From the NCBI GenBank assembly GCA_045592965.1, contig JAZNVS010000005.1:158-64157 (forward strand): 64,000 nucleotides of DNA, read 5' to 3'. Positions 8,463 to 17,673 of the stretch are shown one piece after another. The translations under genes were made by a program, and so were the position numbers. The notes beneath the pieces were generated by a model, which worked only from the letters and a program-made list of their open reading frames with translations, did no database searches and had not been told where the DNA came from. This DNA comes from Bacteroidales bacterium (GTDB lineage Bacteria > Bacteroidota > Bacteroidia > Bacteroidales > F082). Each line of letters begins with the position of its first letter. Position 1 is the stretch's first letter.

Positions 8463-9549
8463 AAGTTTTAATTTCCACCTTTTTATCTTCAAGTTGTAAA
8501 ACATTGAAAACCATAGCTTCAAAGGTATAATCCTTAGGATATGACACTAATGGAGCCAATTTTTCAATTCGTTTGGAAATATACTTAAAAAAACGTTTGG
8601 ATGAGAACACGTCACCTGATAAAATTATCGCATCTATCTGAGCATCTAAGCTTACATAATGGGAGGCTATTTCCTTACATATCTGATATGCCATCGCCTC
8701 AAGCATAAGTTTTGCCTTTTTATCGTTATTCTCAAAAAGTTTGATTATCTCATCAAAAGAATTTGTTCCAAGATACGAAAAAGCAGTCCCATTGGTGTTA
8801 ACAAGTTTTAACAATTCATCTTTAGAATAGCACTTTTTAAAAAGCATATCAGTTATTGCAGATATGGGCAGCGTTCCGACTTCGTAGAATCCCATCGGAC
8901 CAAATCCCATATATGCCTGATTTACATCGACCACTTTTCCTTTTTTATGAGCCGCTATCGACACAGACCTCTCACTGACATGGCATACGATTATGTTCAT
9001 GTCTTCATAATTTTTTTTAACATCGGATGCATATCTCTTTGAGATATATTTATGTATCAAGGCATGAAACAGAGATTTTTTTCTCAGGCTACGATGAGTA
9101 GTAAAGGCTGCGAGTTCTGAGCGTTCATCGACAGAGGCCGGTTCTATCACGAGGGATTTTATCCTGATGCTGTTAGCTATAGTAAAAGCCAACAGGCCGC
9201 CAATATTTATTATATCATCACCTGCTATGCCATCGATGAGGTCACCGACCATATTCTTATCTATCGAATAAACTCCCGACTGGCAAGGTCTCAGCAAACC
9301 TCCTTCAGCAACCACATATTGCAAATCCTTGATATTGACATTATCATCACACAACTGATTCATTATGGCCTCTCGACGATAAGGAAGTTGTTCCAAAATA
9401 TTCTCCAAGAGAATTATATCTTCATTAGGATGTTCAATCTCACATTGATAGAAAATATCATCATCATTGCTGACGGCTATTTTTGTAGAATATAATTTAG
9501 GGTAGATAGAGAGTATTTTCGTTGCCATAATGTTATTGTTTTTTAACAT
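8455..9549 (-). CDS. Butyrate-kinase-like ASKHA-fold protein with degenerate nucleotide-binding motifs
   Basis: 364 aa, collinear with butyrate kinase (GGLLRPCQSGVYSID, KSLFHALIHKY, YEDMNIIVCH, VDVNQA..GFGP, GTLP, EAMAYQICKEIAS). The N-terminal NPGSTSTK-type motif reads YPKLYSTK. An alternative start MATKIL lies at 9528. Confidence 0.75.
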   Translation of the reverse strand: MLKNNNIMATKILSIYPKLYSTKIAVSNDDDIFYQCEIEHPNEDIILLENILEQLPYRREAIMNQLCDDNVNIKDLQYVVAEGGLLRPCQSGVYSIDKNMVGDLIDGIAGDDIINIGGLLAFTIANSIRIKSLVIEPASVDERSELAAFTTHRSLRKKSLFHALIHKYISKRYASDVKKNYEDMNIIVCHVSERSVSIAAHKKGKVVDVNQAYMGFGPMGFYEVGTLPISAITDMLFKKCYSKDELLKLVNTNGTAFSYLGTNSFDEIIKLFENNDKKAKLMLEAMAYQICKEIASHYVSLDAQIDAIILSGDVFSSKRFFKYISKRIEKLAPLVSYPKDYTFEAMVFNVLQLEDKKVEIKTYV

Positions 9550-9589
9550 TTAAACAACATTATGGCAATAAAGTTTTAGTGACAAAAAC

Positions 9590-9647
9590 AAAAAAACCTT
9601 AGAACTTCATATTCCAATAATTATGGATTAAGCTCTAAGTTTTTTTG
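9590..9647 (-). terminator. Possible terminator/attenuator downstream of ftsZ
   Basis: On the minus strand: A7-CTTAGA...(30-nt loop containing the near-palindrome TCCATAATTATTGGA)...TCTAAGG-T7. The outer stem is short, so support is moderate only. Confidence 0.45.
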
Positions 9648-9651
9648 CATA

Positions 9652-11301
9652 TCAATCTACGTTATCGTGTAGGTAAGAATTATTTTCGCTTATGCCGCGT
9701 TTTTTATTTGAAGAATAACTTGATAGTTCCTGTTCCTCTTTTGGGGTAATATTCAAGCCTCTGCGCATATAAGCAGGCTGGCTTTCAAGTTCTTCTATAC
9801 AAGCCATCGACCTAAAATTCATATTGAGTGACGAGAGGCGTTTACGACGCAGCTGTTCTTCTTGTGAAAGATCTTGTTTTTTTTGTTCTGGTTTCACCTC
9901 ATGTTTTTTCACTGTTTGCACCTGAGTTGCTGCGCTGTCTTTAACAAAGGACCTCACTCCGAAATCTTCTTCCTCGTCATCGTCAGAGAAAGGATTATCA
10001 AAGACGCGAGAAGTAGGGACCACATCGGGTACGCGTTTTTCAGAAGACGTATCACGGCGGCGCACCACATAATCGTCATTGCTATTCGTTACAGGTTCAT
10101 CTTTCTCCTTCTTCTCCTCACCGAGTAGATGTATTTTCTTTGCGTTATTATTTGCACTCTCTGGCACAGGACCTTGTTCTTCCTTATTTTTCTTAACAGC
10201 GCATATTCCTGTGGGTTCTTGCGGTGTGACAGGTTCGGTTTTTGACTGTGGTTCAGTGGCAGTCTGACCAGCGATCTGACTGAAGGCTGCATGAATTATC
10301 TTTTTATTGACGTCATTATCGACAGTATCATAGTTAGGCATATCGAATCCTGTTGCGATAAGAGTCACGTTAAGACCTTCTCCTAAAGACTCGTCGATGC
10401 CGTTACCCCAGATAACATCTGAGCAGCTACCTGTCTCATCTTGTACGTATTCTGTTATCTCCATCACCTCATCGAGCGACACCTCATGGTCACCGTTTCC
10501 AGATGTTATATATATGAGTATATTCTTTGCGCCTCTGATGTCGGAGTCATCTAAGAGTGGAGAATGTACGGCTTCTTCCACGGCTCTCTTAGCTCTGTCT
10601 TCACCTTCAGCGAATCCTGAGCCCATGATAGCCTTGCCGCTTCTTCTCATCACGGTGTTAACATCTTGGAAGTCAACGTTGACATAACCTGTCACTGTAA
10701 TAATTTCCGCGATACCTTTAGCGGCAGTTTTGAGCACGTCGTCAGCTTTTTTGAAAGCCTGAGTCAGTTTCATATTACCATATTCGTCACGTAATTTATC
10801 GTTACTGATAACCAATAATGTGTCGACGTGTTTACGTAGTTCTGCTATACCATCCATTGCCTGTTGTTGGCGGCGTTTGCCTTCGCATGTAAAAGGCATT
10901 GTCACGATACCGACGGTGAGGATGTCGAGTTCACGTGCCACTTCAGCCACCACTGGAGCAGCACCTGTTCCTGTACCGCCGCCCATACCAGCGGTGATAA
11001 AAGCCATCTTAGTATCTTTGCTCAGCAGCTCACGAATCTCATCCATCGTTTCCATTGCTGCTTCGCGACCGACGGCTGGGATATTACCAGCGCCGAGGGC
11101 TCTCTTGCCGAGATGCACCTTCATAGCGACGGGACTTTTTTCCAAAGCCTGGTAGTCTGTGTTACAAAGTATAAAGTCGACGCCTTGGATACCTTCGGTA
11201 AACATGTGAGTAACAGCGTTGCTACCGCCGCCACCGACACCTATAACCTTGATAAAGTTAGGCATTTCTTCCACCGGGTCGAATTTAATCAATTCTGTCA
11301 T
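9652..11301 (-). CDS. ftsZ: Cell division GTPase FtsZ (long C-terminal linker and tail)
   Basis: 549 aa with the GVGGGGSNAV and AGMGGGTGTGAAP tubulin signature. The start overlaps the ftsA stop (ATGA). Confidence 0.95.
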   Translation of the reverse strand: MTELIKFDPVEEMPNFIKVIGVGGGGSNAVTHMFTEGIQGVDFILCNTDYQALEKSPVAMKVHLGKRALGAGNIPAVGREAAMETMDEIRELLSKDTKMAFITAGMGGGTGTGAAPVVAEVARELDILTVGIVTMPFTCEGKRRQQQAMDGIAELRKHVDTLLVISNDKLRDEYGNMKLTQAFKKADDVLKTAAKGIAEIITVTGYVNVDFQDVNTVMRRSGKAIMGSGFAEGEDRAKRAVEEAVHSPLLDDSDIRGAKNILIYITSGNGDHEVSLDEVMEITEYVQDETGSCSDVIWGNGIDESLGEGLNVTLIATGFDMPNYDTVDNDVNKKIIHAAFSQIAGQTATEPQSKTEPVTPQEPTGICAVKKNKEEQGPVPESANNNAKKIHLLGEEKKEKDEPVTNSNDDYVVRRRDTSSEKRVPDVVPTSRVFDNPFSDDDEEEDFGVRSFVKDSAATQVQTVKKHEVKPEQKKQDLSQEEQLRRKRLSSLNMNFRSMACIEELESQPAYMRRGLNITPKEEQELSSYSSNKKRGISENNSYLHDNVD

Positions 11302-12713
11302 TGTTCTATATCTGTTATGTTTTTGTCAATATTATCGTCATTATTGAAGAAGCGTGTAAAACCAGTGATGATGTCCTTAATATTGAACCCTACTCTTTTT
11401 GAATTTTCTTTATCTTCTTTTTTATTACCGGTATCGTCACTGTGTGTATCTTCTACCTCATCCACGTCAGCAGATGGAGTCTGGTAACTAATAGGCTCGT
11501 TAGACAAATTATCTCTCTGTCTATTGTTTTCATATTTAGCTATACCTTCTATAACGAGGCCAATACCTGTCGAATACATTGGACTTTCGAGGTCGCTTGC
11601 TGTCTCATTGGCGAGGTTTTCATTAGGATAACCCAGTCTCACCTCCATGCCAGTCTTAAACTCAGCCAGTTGACGTATATGTTTCATCATAGCGCCACCG
11701 CCGGTGAGGACTATACCTGCGATGAGTTTATGTTCTGAGTTAACTTTCTGTATCTCAGAGTTAACGAAGTCGAAGATTTCTTCCAAACGAGCCTGTATGA
11801 TTCCTGCAAGATTTTTAAACGAAATCTCTTTAGCCTCACGACCATGTATTCCTGGTATAGAGACAACCTCATCGTCGCTGTTTTCACTTGCCACAGCAGA
11901 ACCGAACTTCACCTTAATCTCTTCGGCATGTTTTCTTATTATAGAACATCCTTGGCGAATATCTTCAGTAATTATATTACCTCCGAGAGGGATGACAGCA
12001 GTATGATAAATTATCGAGTCATAGAACACAGCGATGTCTGTAGTGCCACCGCCTATATCGACTATTGCCACGCCTGCTTCTTTCTCATCATCACCCAAAA
12101 CTGCTGCGGCAGATGCTATCGGTTCGAGTATCATATTCTCCATCTCCAAACCAGCATGTTCTATACATTTGATGATATTCTTCACTGCCGAAGTCTGTCC
12201 TATGATAACGTGGAAGTTAGCTTCCAACTTATTACCGAGCATACCTTTTGGTCGCTGATTACCGATAGGCTCTCCGTCGATGAAATATTCTTGTGGAATG
12301 ACATTAACTATCTCTTCACCAGGTGATGTTCCTATCTTATACATATCCAGTTTCAACTTATCGAGTTCCTGATCCGAGATCTCCACATCAGCATTCTCGC
12401 GGATGAGGACTCCTCTATGTTGAAGACTCTTGATATGATGACCTGCGATACCAACATTAACGCTCTTGATGTTAACCTTCGACTGCTCTGAAGCTTGTGC
12501 AACAGCACCTTTGATAGCCTCAACAGTATCCTCGATGTTAACAACCATACCACGCTTGACTCCTATAGAATCTCTCTTGCCATAACCGCGAATTTCTATC
12601 TTACCATTTGGCATCTTCTCTCCGACAATACACGCTATCTTTGTCGTGCCAATATCGAGACCAACAATATAAACAGGTTCACTCATATCTATTATTTTTT
12701 CTTTTTGGTGCAA
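11298..12713 (-). CDS. ftsA: Cell division protein FtsA
   Basis: 471 aa, actin-like ATPase (GLDIGTTKIACIVGE, VDIGGGTTDIAVF, VLTGGGA). An alternative start M10 lies at 12686. Confidence 0.95.
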   Translation of the reverse strand: MHQKEKIIDMSEPVYIVGLDIGTTKIACIVGEKMPNGKIEIRGYGKRDSIGVKRGMVVNIEDTVEAIKGAVAQASEQSKVNIKSVNVGIAGHHIKSLQHRGVLIRENADVEISDQELDKLKLDMYKIGTSPGEEIVNVIPQEYFIDGEPIGNQRPKGMLGNKLEANFHVIIGQTSAVKNIIKCIEHAGLEMENMILEPIASAAAVLGDDEKEAGVAIVDIGGGTTDIAVFYDSIIYHTAVIPLGGNIITEDIRQGCSIIRKHAEEIKVKFGSAVASENSDDEVVSIPGIHGREAKEISFKNLAGIIQARLEEIFDFVNSEIQKVNSEHKLIAGIVLTGGGAMMKHIRQLAEFKTGMEVRLGYPNENLANETASDLESPMYSTGIGLVIEGIAKYENNRQRDNLSNEPISYQTPSADVDEVEDTHSDDTGNKKEDKENSKRVGFNIKDIITGFTRFFNNDDNIDKNITDIEQ

Positions 12714-13468
12714 ACAACTTGATTTTTAAAGTTTAAGTTAATTTCTTTATAGTTATCCATTTCTGGGTTTCCTTGCATCTTGTTAAAAAAATGCCTCATC
12801 TTGAATAACTTTTCTTTAATATTATTAACATCGCCAAAGATAACAATAATATTTGTGTTATTCAAGGAAAAAACGTAATTTTTATTCTTGTCTTTAAAGA
12901 CTTGTTTCACGCATATTCTTGCGTAATCGTCGTGTACAATTTCCTTCATCAGGGAGAATATCTCTGGCAAGTCGGTGTCGACATAATTCTCGTCGTTGAT
13001 ATTTCCCTTATCATTTATCGGAAAGTTAATATTACCGCTAGCTACAAGTAAATGAGGGACATAGTCGTTATCTGTTGAAAAGAGATTACCTTCTTCGTCG
13101 AGATATACCGAGTTTCCTTTTTTATTGTAGACTCTCATTATAGGCTCACATTCCACCACTTCGACATCAAGGATACTTTTAAGATTTATCTCCGCCTCCA
13201 CGCTTGTAACCCAAGGAATTTGGTTCAAGCTCTCCACGACAGAATCGACAGGAATCATAACGATTTGGGTATTGTTTGCAGTATCGCATATACCCATTAT
13301 ATCGTCGTAGGTCTTCTGATAGTCAAGGAAGTTACCGTCGTTTCTTACAATTTTCAGGTTGACGTCGTCGAGTCGGGAGTTAAAGTGCTCATACATAAAA
13401 TATCCGCACAGGCCCAAGAAAGAGACCAATGTTAATATGAGCAGCAATATGTTAAGTTTTTTCTTCAT
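12692..13468 (-). CDS. ftsQ: Cell division protein FtsQ (POTRA-containing)
   Basis: 258 aa with an N-terminal TM helix, sitting between murC and ftsA. Its 4-nt overlap with the murC stop is consistent with dcw synteny. Confidence 0.75.
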   Translation of the reverse strand: MKKKLNILLLILTLVSFLGLCGYFMYEHFNSRLDDVNLKIVRNDGNFLDYQKTYDDIMGICDTANNTQIVMIPVDSVVESLNQIPWVTSVEAEINLKSILDVEVVECEPIMRVYNKKGNSVYLDEEGNLFSTDNDYVPHLLVASGNINFPINDKGNINDENYVDTDLPEIFSLMKEIVHDDYARICVKQVFKDKNKNYVFSLNNTNIIVIFGDVNNIKEKLFKMRHFFNKMQGNPEMDNYKEINLNFKNQVVCTKKKK

Positions 13469-14817
13469 GAGTCGAGTAATGTTTCTAATTGTGGTACGAA
13501 TCTATCAATATCGCCAGCTCCCATTGTCAATAGAAGTTGAGGTTTCATATTCTTCACCATTTCAAGGAGTTCCTCTTTTTGGCATATATATTTTTCCTTG
13601 CATGATATTTTTTCGAGCAGAGCCGATGATGTTATTCCTGATATAGCTTTTTCGCGAGCCGGATAGATTTCCATCAGGAGGAGTCTGTCGGCGAGCGAAA
13701 GAGCGTCCGCAAATTCTTCCATAAAATCGCGGGTACGAGTGAAAAGGTGCGGTTGGAAGATGACAGTCATCTCCTTGTCAGGGAATATCATCCTTGCTGC
13801 ACGCAGACTGGCTTTTATCTCTTCAGGATGATGCGCATAATCGTCGATATAACAGACCTTATCGTTTTTAAGTCTTATATCAAAACGTCGCAGCACTCCC
13901 TTAAACTCCGCCAATCCTTCTCTTATGACTTCAATATCAACATTAAGACAGAGACAACTTATTATGGCAGACAAGGCGTTCATGACGTTATGCTCGCCAT
14001 AGATATGCATCATGAACTCTCCATAATCGCGGCCTTCTTTTGCAAACACCGAGAACTTTGTCGCGCCATCTTCCACTCTGATATTTCTCGCCATGAAATC
14101 GGCATCAGTAAGACCGTAAGTTATTCTCTTTCTGTCAGTGACTATCTGAAGTCTATTATTGTGTATCACCACACCATCGGAGGCTGTCTTTTCTACAAAC
14201 TGATTAAAGCTCTCTACTACCTGTTCTTTATCGCCGTAAATATCGAGATGGTCGGCGTCGATAGAAGTGACGATGCTGAGATAAGGCGACAGCTGAAGGA
14301 AAGAACGGTCGAACTCATCGGCTTCCATCACCACGAGTTCATCGTTCTCGTCGCCTATAACAACATTGCTATTGATATTCTTTGCTATTCCACCGATGAA
14401 AGCCGACATTTTCTTTCCCGAATATTTAAGAAGATGTGTCACCATCGATGTCACCGTTGTCTTGCCATGACTTCCTGCCACGGCGATGCTCTTGCAGTGA
14501 CGTGATATCTCACCGAGCACCTCAGCACGTTTTATTATCTTGACGTTTTTCTCTCGGAGATAATTAAGTTCGAGGGAGTCGCTTGGTATAGCAGGTGTCA
14601 GCACCACGAAGTCGACTTCGTCGGGAATCAAGCTAGGATTATCTTCATAATGAATAGTCATGCCTTCTTCTTCGAGACGTCTTGTCAGAGGCGATGGCGT
14701 TTTGTCGTAGCCTGAGACCTGACATCCTTTCTTATGGAAATAACGAGCGAGGGCACTCATTCCAATGCCTCCTATTCCCAAGAAATATATGTTTTGTTTA
14801 GCAATCTTATTCATCAT
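13465..14817 (-). CDS. murC: UDP-N-acetylmuramate--L-alanine ligase
   Basis: 450 aa with IYFLGIGGIGMSALA and the Mur ligase P-loop AGSHGKTT. Confidence 0.95.
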   Translation of the reverse strand: MMNKIAKQNIYFLGIGGIGMSALARYFHKKGCQVSGYDKTPSPLTRRLEEEGMTIHYEDNPSLIPDEVDFVVLTPAIPSDSLELNYLREKNVKIIKRAEVLGEISRHCKSIAVAGSHGKTTVTSMVTHLLKYSGKKMSAFIGGIAKNINSNVVIGDENDELVVMEADEFDRSFLQLSPYLSIVTSIDADHLDIYGDKEQVVESFNQFVEKTASDGVVIHNNRLQIVTDRKRITYGLTDADFMARNIRVEDGATKFSVFAKEGRDYGEFMMHIYGEHNVMNALSAIISCLCLNVDIEVIREGLAEFKGVLRRFDIRLKNDKVCYIDDYAHHPEEIKASLRAARMIFPDKEMTVIFQPHLFTRTRDFMEEFADALSLADRLLLMEIYPAREKAISGITSSALLEKISCKEKYICQKEELLEMVKNMKPQLLLTMGAGDIDRFVPQLETLLDS

Positions 14818-14824
14818 TTCAGGT

Positions 14825-15940
14825 TTATTTGGAGTTAAGAATTATTTCTATCTGATTCACTATATCTTCTGCTGCGTTAGGCTTTGCGAATTTCGCGATA
14901 TTGACTTTCATCATATTTTGTTTTCCGACATCATTCATAAGAGCGAACACTTCAGGCAGCAGTTCTTTCTCTGTCTCAGCGTTTTTCACCAAGAGAGCGG
15001 CGTTGGCTTCTACGAGACGCATTGCATTCTTGGTCTGATGATCTTCGGCAGCCGTAGGCAACGGCACAAAGACGACAGCTTTTTCGAGCAGCGACAATTC
15101 TGATATCGACATAGCTCCTGCGCGTGATATAACCACATCGGCGGCAGCGTATGCCAAGTCCATCCTATCGATGAAGACCGTACATTTTATTCTGTTGTCG
15201 AGTCCATTGGCTTTCACCTCATCAACAGCCTTATCGTAATAATGCTTGCCAGTCTGCCATATCATCTGGTAGTCGTTTTCTTTGAAAGAAGCCAACTGAG
15301 CAGAGATACCGACATTGATTCCGAGAGCACCCTGGCTACCACCAACGAGAAGTATCGTCTTCTTGGTGGTGTCGAGGCCAAAGAACGAGAGAGCTTCGTC
15401 TTTTATCCCATCGACAGGTGATATGTTATTTCTCAGCGGGTTACCAGTAAGTACTATCTTATCTTTAGGGAACCACTTATCCATGTTGTCATAAGCGACA
15501 CATATCTTAGCAGCCTTGTTAGCCACCAATTTATTTGTTATCCCTGGGAAAGAGTTCTGTTCTTGGATGACGATAGGTATTCCCATCGAGGCTGCTGTCT
15601 TCATTGTAGGCCCGCTCGCGAAACCACCCACTCCTATCACCACATCAGGTTTATATCTCTTGATGATTTTTCTGGCTTTCACCATACTGCTCAACAACTT
15701 AAAAGGGAAGCTCAGGTTATCGAGCGAGAGTTCTCTCTTGAAGCCGCTAATCCACAGTCCTTCTATCGGGTAGCCAGCCCTAGGCACTCTGTCCATTTCC
15801 ATTCTGTTTTTAGCACCAATGAAGAGTATCTCCGCTTCTGGGAAACGCTTCTTCAAGGCATCGGCTATTGCAATGGCTGGGAAGATATGACCTCCTGTGC
15901 CGCCGCCACTAATTATTATCCTGGGTTGTCTCGACTTCAT
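14825..15940 (-). CDS. murG: UDP-N-acetylglucosamine--N-acetylmuramyl-(pentapeptide) pyrophosphoryl-undecaprenol GlcNAc transferase
   Basis: ORF track 14825..15979. The likely start MKSRQPRIIISGGGTGGHIFPA lies at 15940. This is the GT28 family G-loop. Confidence 0.9.
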   Translation of the reverse strand: MKSRQPRIIISGGGTGGHIFPAIAIADALKKRFPEAEILFIGAKNRMEMDRVPRAGYPIEGLWISGFKRELSLDNLSFPFKLLSSMVKARKIIKRYKPDVVIGVGGFASGPTMKTAASMGIPIVIQEQNSFPGITNKLVANKAAKICVAYDNMDKWFPKDKIVLTGNPLRNNISPVDGIKDEALSFFGLDTTKKTILLVGGSQGALGINVGISAQLASFKENDYQMIWQTGKHYYDKAVDEVKANGLDNRIKCTVFIDRMDLAYAAADVVISRAGAMSISELSLLEKAVVFVPLPTAAEDHQTKNAMRLVEANAALLVKNAETEKELLPEVFALMNDVGKQNMMKVNIAKFAKPNAAEDIVNQIEIILNSK

Positions 15941-17087
15941 TTTTTCTTTCTTTAATTTTATTAACTTCTCTTGATACACTCAATATCACGCCGAATGCGC
16001 AGCCTGTGAACATCAGCGAGGTTCCTCCCATACTTACAAACGGGAGAGGCTGCCCGGTAACAGGCAAAAGCCCTACAGCAACACCCATATTGACCATAGC
16101 CTGCATCACAAGCATAAACGCCAGTCCGAAGGAGACGAAGCCTCCAAACGACTGCGGTATCGCGACCATAATAGCAATCGACCGATATAGCAGTATCAGA
16201 TATAGCAGTACCACAAAAGCAGCTCCTATCAATCCATATTCTTCAACGATAATGGCAAAGATAAAATCGGAATATGGGTGTGGCAGAAAGTTACGTTGCG
16301 TGCTTCTTCCTGGAGCACTTCCGAAGACACCACCTTTAGCGATAGCCGTCTTAGACATAATCATCTGATAGTCATCTTCTGTCTCGTCACCTTCTCCTGG
16401 GCTGATATGCGCCTCTATTCTATTGAACCATGTATTAACACGGTCGGTCTCATCTTTGTCGTTGAGTTTTATTAAGATGTAAAAACTCATCACCACTATA
16501 GCTATCCCAAAGAACGCCATCAGATGTTTCATATTGATTCTTCCCACAAAGAGAAGCACCATGCAGCTAGCAAACAATATGGCTGCTGTGGAGAAGTTCT
16601 CTGGAAATATAAGTCCAACGATAATCAGAACGGGTAACATCAGAGGTACGAAAGCGTTTTTAAAGTCTTTTATCTCATTCTGTTTCAGAGTAAGTTCTCT
16701 CGCCAGATAACCTATCAAGGCAATCTTAGCAAAGTCGCTCGATTGGAACGAGACGCCCATGATACGAACCACGCGCTGTGCGTTGTTGAGGTCGACACCG
16801 AAAAACAAGGTATATGCTAACAATGGTATCGATATCAAAAACGCTATCTGGAAAATTCTTGAATAATAAGTATATTTAAAGAGATAGACAACATACATCA
16901 CGCCCAATCCGAGGAACAACTTCACAGCATGGCTCAACAATACTCTGGCGTTGTCGCCTTCAAACTTCGCATTGGCATATGTTCCTGTTGCGCTGTACAC
17001 AGCAAGCAGCGACACCAATGATAGCAGAGCCACTATCATCCATATCACCCTATCTCCTTGAAAAAACTTATTAAACAGCTTCATCAT
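15909..17087 (-). CDS. ftsW: Peptidoglycan glycosyltransferase FtsW (SEDS family)
   Basis: 392 aa polytopic membrane protein with PHPYSDFIFAIIVEEYG and TGQPLPFVSMGGTS motifs. Confidence 0.9.
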   Translation of the reverse strand: MMKLFNKFFQGDRVIWMIVALLSLVSLLAVYSATGTYANAKFEGDNARVLLSHAVKLFLGLGVMYVVYLFKYTYYSRIFQIAFLISIPLLAYTLFFGVDLNNAQRVVRIMGVSFQSSDFAKIALIGYLARELTLKQNEIKDFKNAFVPLMLPVLIIVGLIFPENFSTAAILFASCMVLLFVGRINMKHLMAFFGIAIVVMSFYILIKLNDKDETDRVNTWFNRIEAHISPGEGDETEDDYQMIMSKTAIAKGGVFGSAPGRSTQRNFLPHPYSDFIFAIIVEEYGLIGAAFVVLLYLILLYRSIAIMVAIPQSFGGFVSFGLAFMLVMQAMVNMGVAVGLLPVTGQPLPFVSMGGTSLMFTGCAFGVILSVSREVNKIKERKNEVETTQDNN

Positions 17088-17090
17088 CTA

Positions 17091-17639
17091 TCACTTTAAA
17101 TTTTGAACACATTGTTTGAAATAGTCGCCTCTCTCTGCAAATGACGAGAACTCGTCTTTAACCTGCGACGCTGGAGAGTAAATGACACAGTCGTCGACCT
17201 CAGCAACGATATGAGCCATCTTGACAGCTTCCTCTATACTATCGCAATCGATGATGTTCTCAGGGATGATATTGGAGAAGACACGATGGAATCGTTCTGT
17301 GTTTTTTCCTATGCACACTATCGACTTGACATATTTTCTCACCTGAGGTATAAGCTCATCACAATCGGCATTGTTGGCGTATGTTATCCACACAAGTTGT
17401 TGATGCAGATTATCGAAAGAGAACCAAGCCGCCTCGCTAGAGCATGCTCCTGCGTCGTCGTAATAAGACACACCTTCCACCATATCGACATATTCATATC
17501 TATGTCTCACGTTTTCAAAGTCGGAGAAAGCTTGTTTGATACTCTCTTTTCTAATCTGACTCATCTTCGACGAAATCGTTGCTGCTGTTGTCATCGAAGC
17601 TGTCCTTCTTCCCTGTCTTGCCAATTGTTCTAATGTCAT
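17091..17639 (-). CDS. murD: Truncated MurD homolog: C-terminal (Mur_ligase_C-like) domain only, possibly a relic
   Basis: 182 aa in the murD slot between mraY and ftsW. FSDFENVRHRYEYV and YSPASQVKDEFSSFAERGDYF align by eye with the MurD C-terminal domain. No P-loop or N-domain is present, and NDSKATN-type reads DDAGACS. Confidence 0.6.
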   Translation of the reverse strand: MTLEQLARQGRRTASMTTAATISSKMSQIRKESIKQAFSDFENVRHRYEYVDMVEGVSYYDDAGACSSEAAWFSFDNLHQQLVWITYANNADCDELIPQVRKYVKSIVCIGKNTERFHRVFSNIIPENIIDCDSIEEAVKMAHIVAEVDDCVIYSPASQVKDEFSSFAERGDYFKQCVQNLK

Positions 17640-17673
17640 CGTTAATAAAATTTAAGAAATATGTAAAAAAATG

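Noticed and set aside
10864-11487. 207-aa plus-strand ORF, with neighbours at 10397-10687 and 10820-11155, overlapping ftsZ and ftsA
   Set aside because: It lies antisense to two strongly conserved genes, its translation is low-complexity with no recognisable motif, and it has no promoter box or terminator of its own. This is a typical shadow ORF.
13747-14505. 252-aa plus-strand ORF inside murC
   Set aside because: It lies antisense to an intact Mur ligase gene and has no family resemblance. Shadow ORF.
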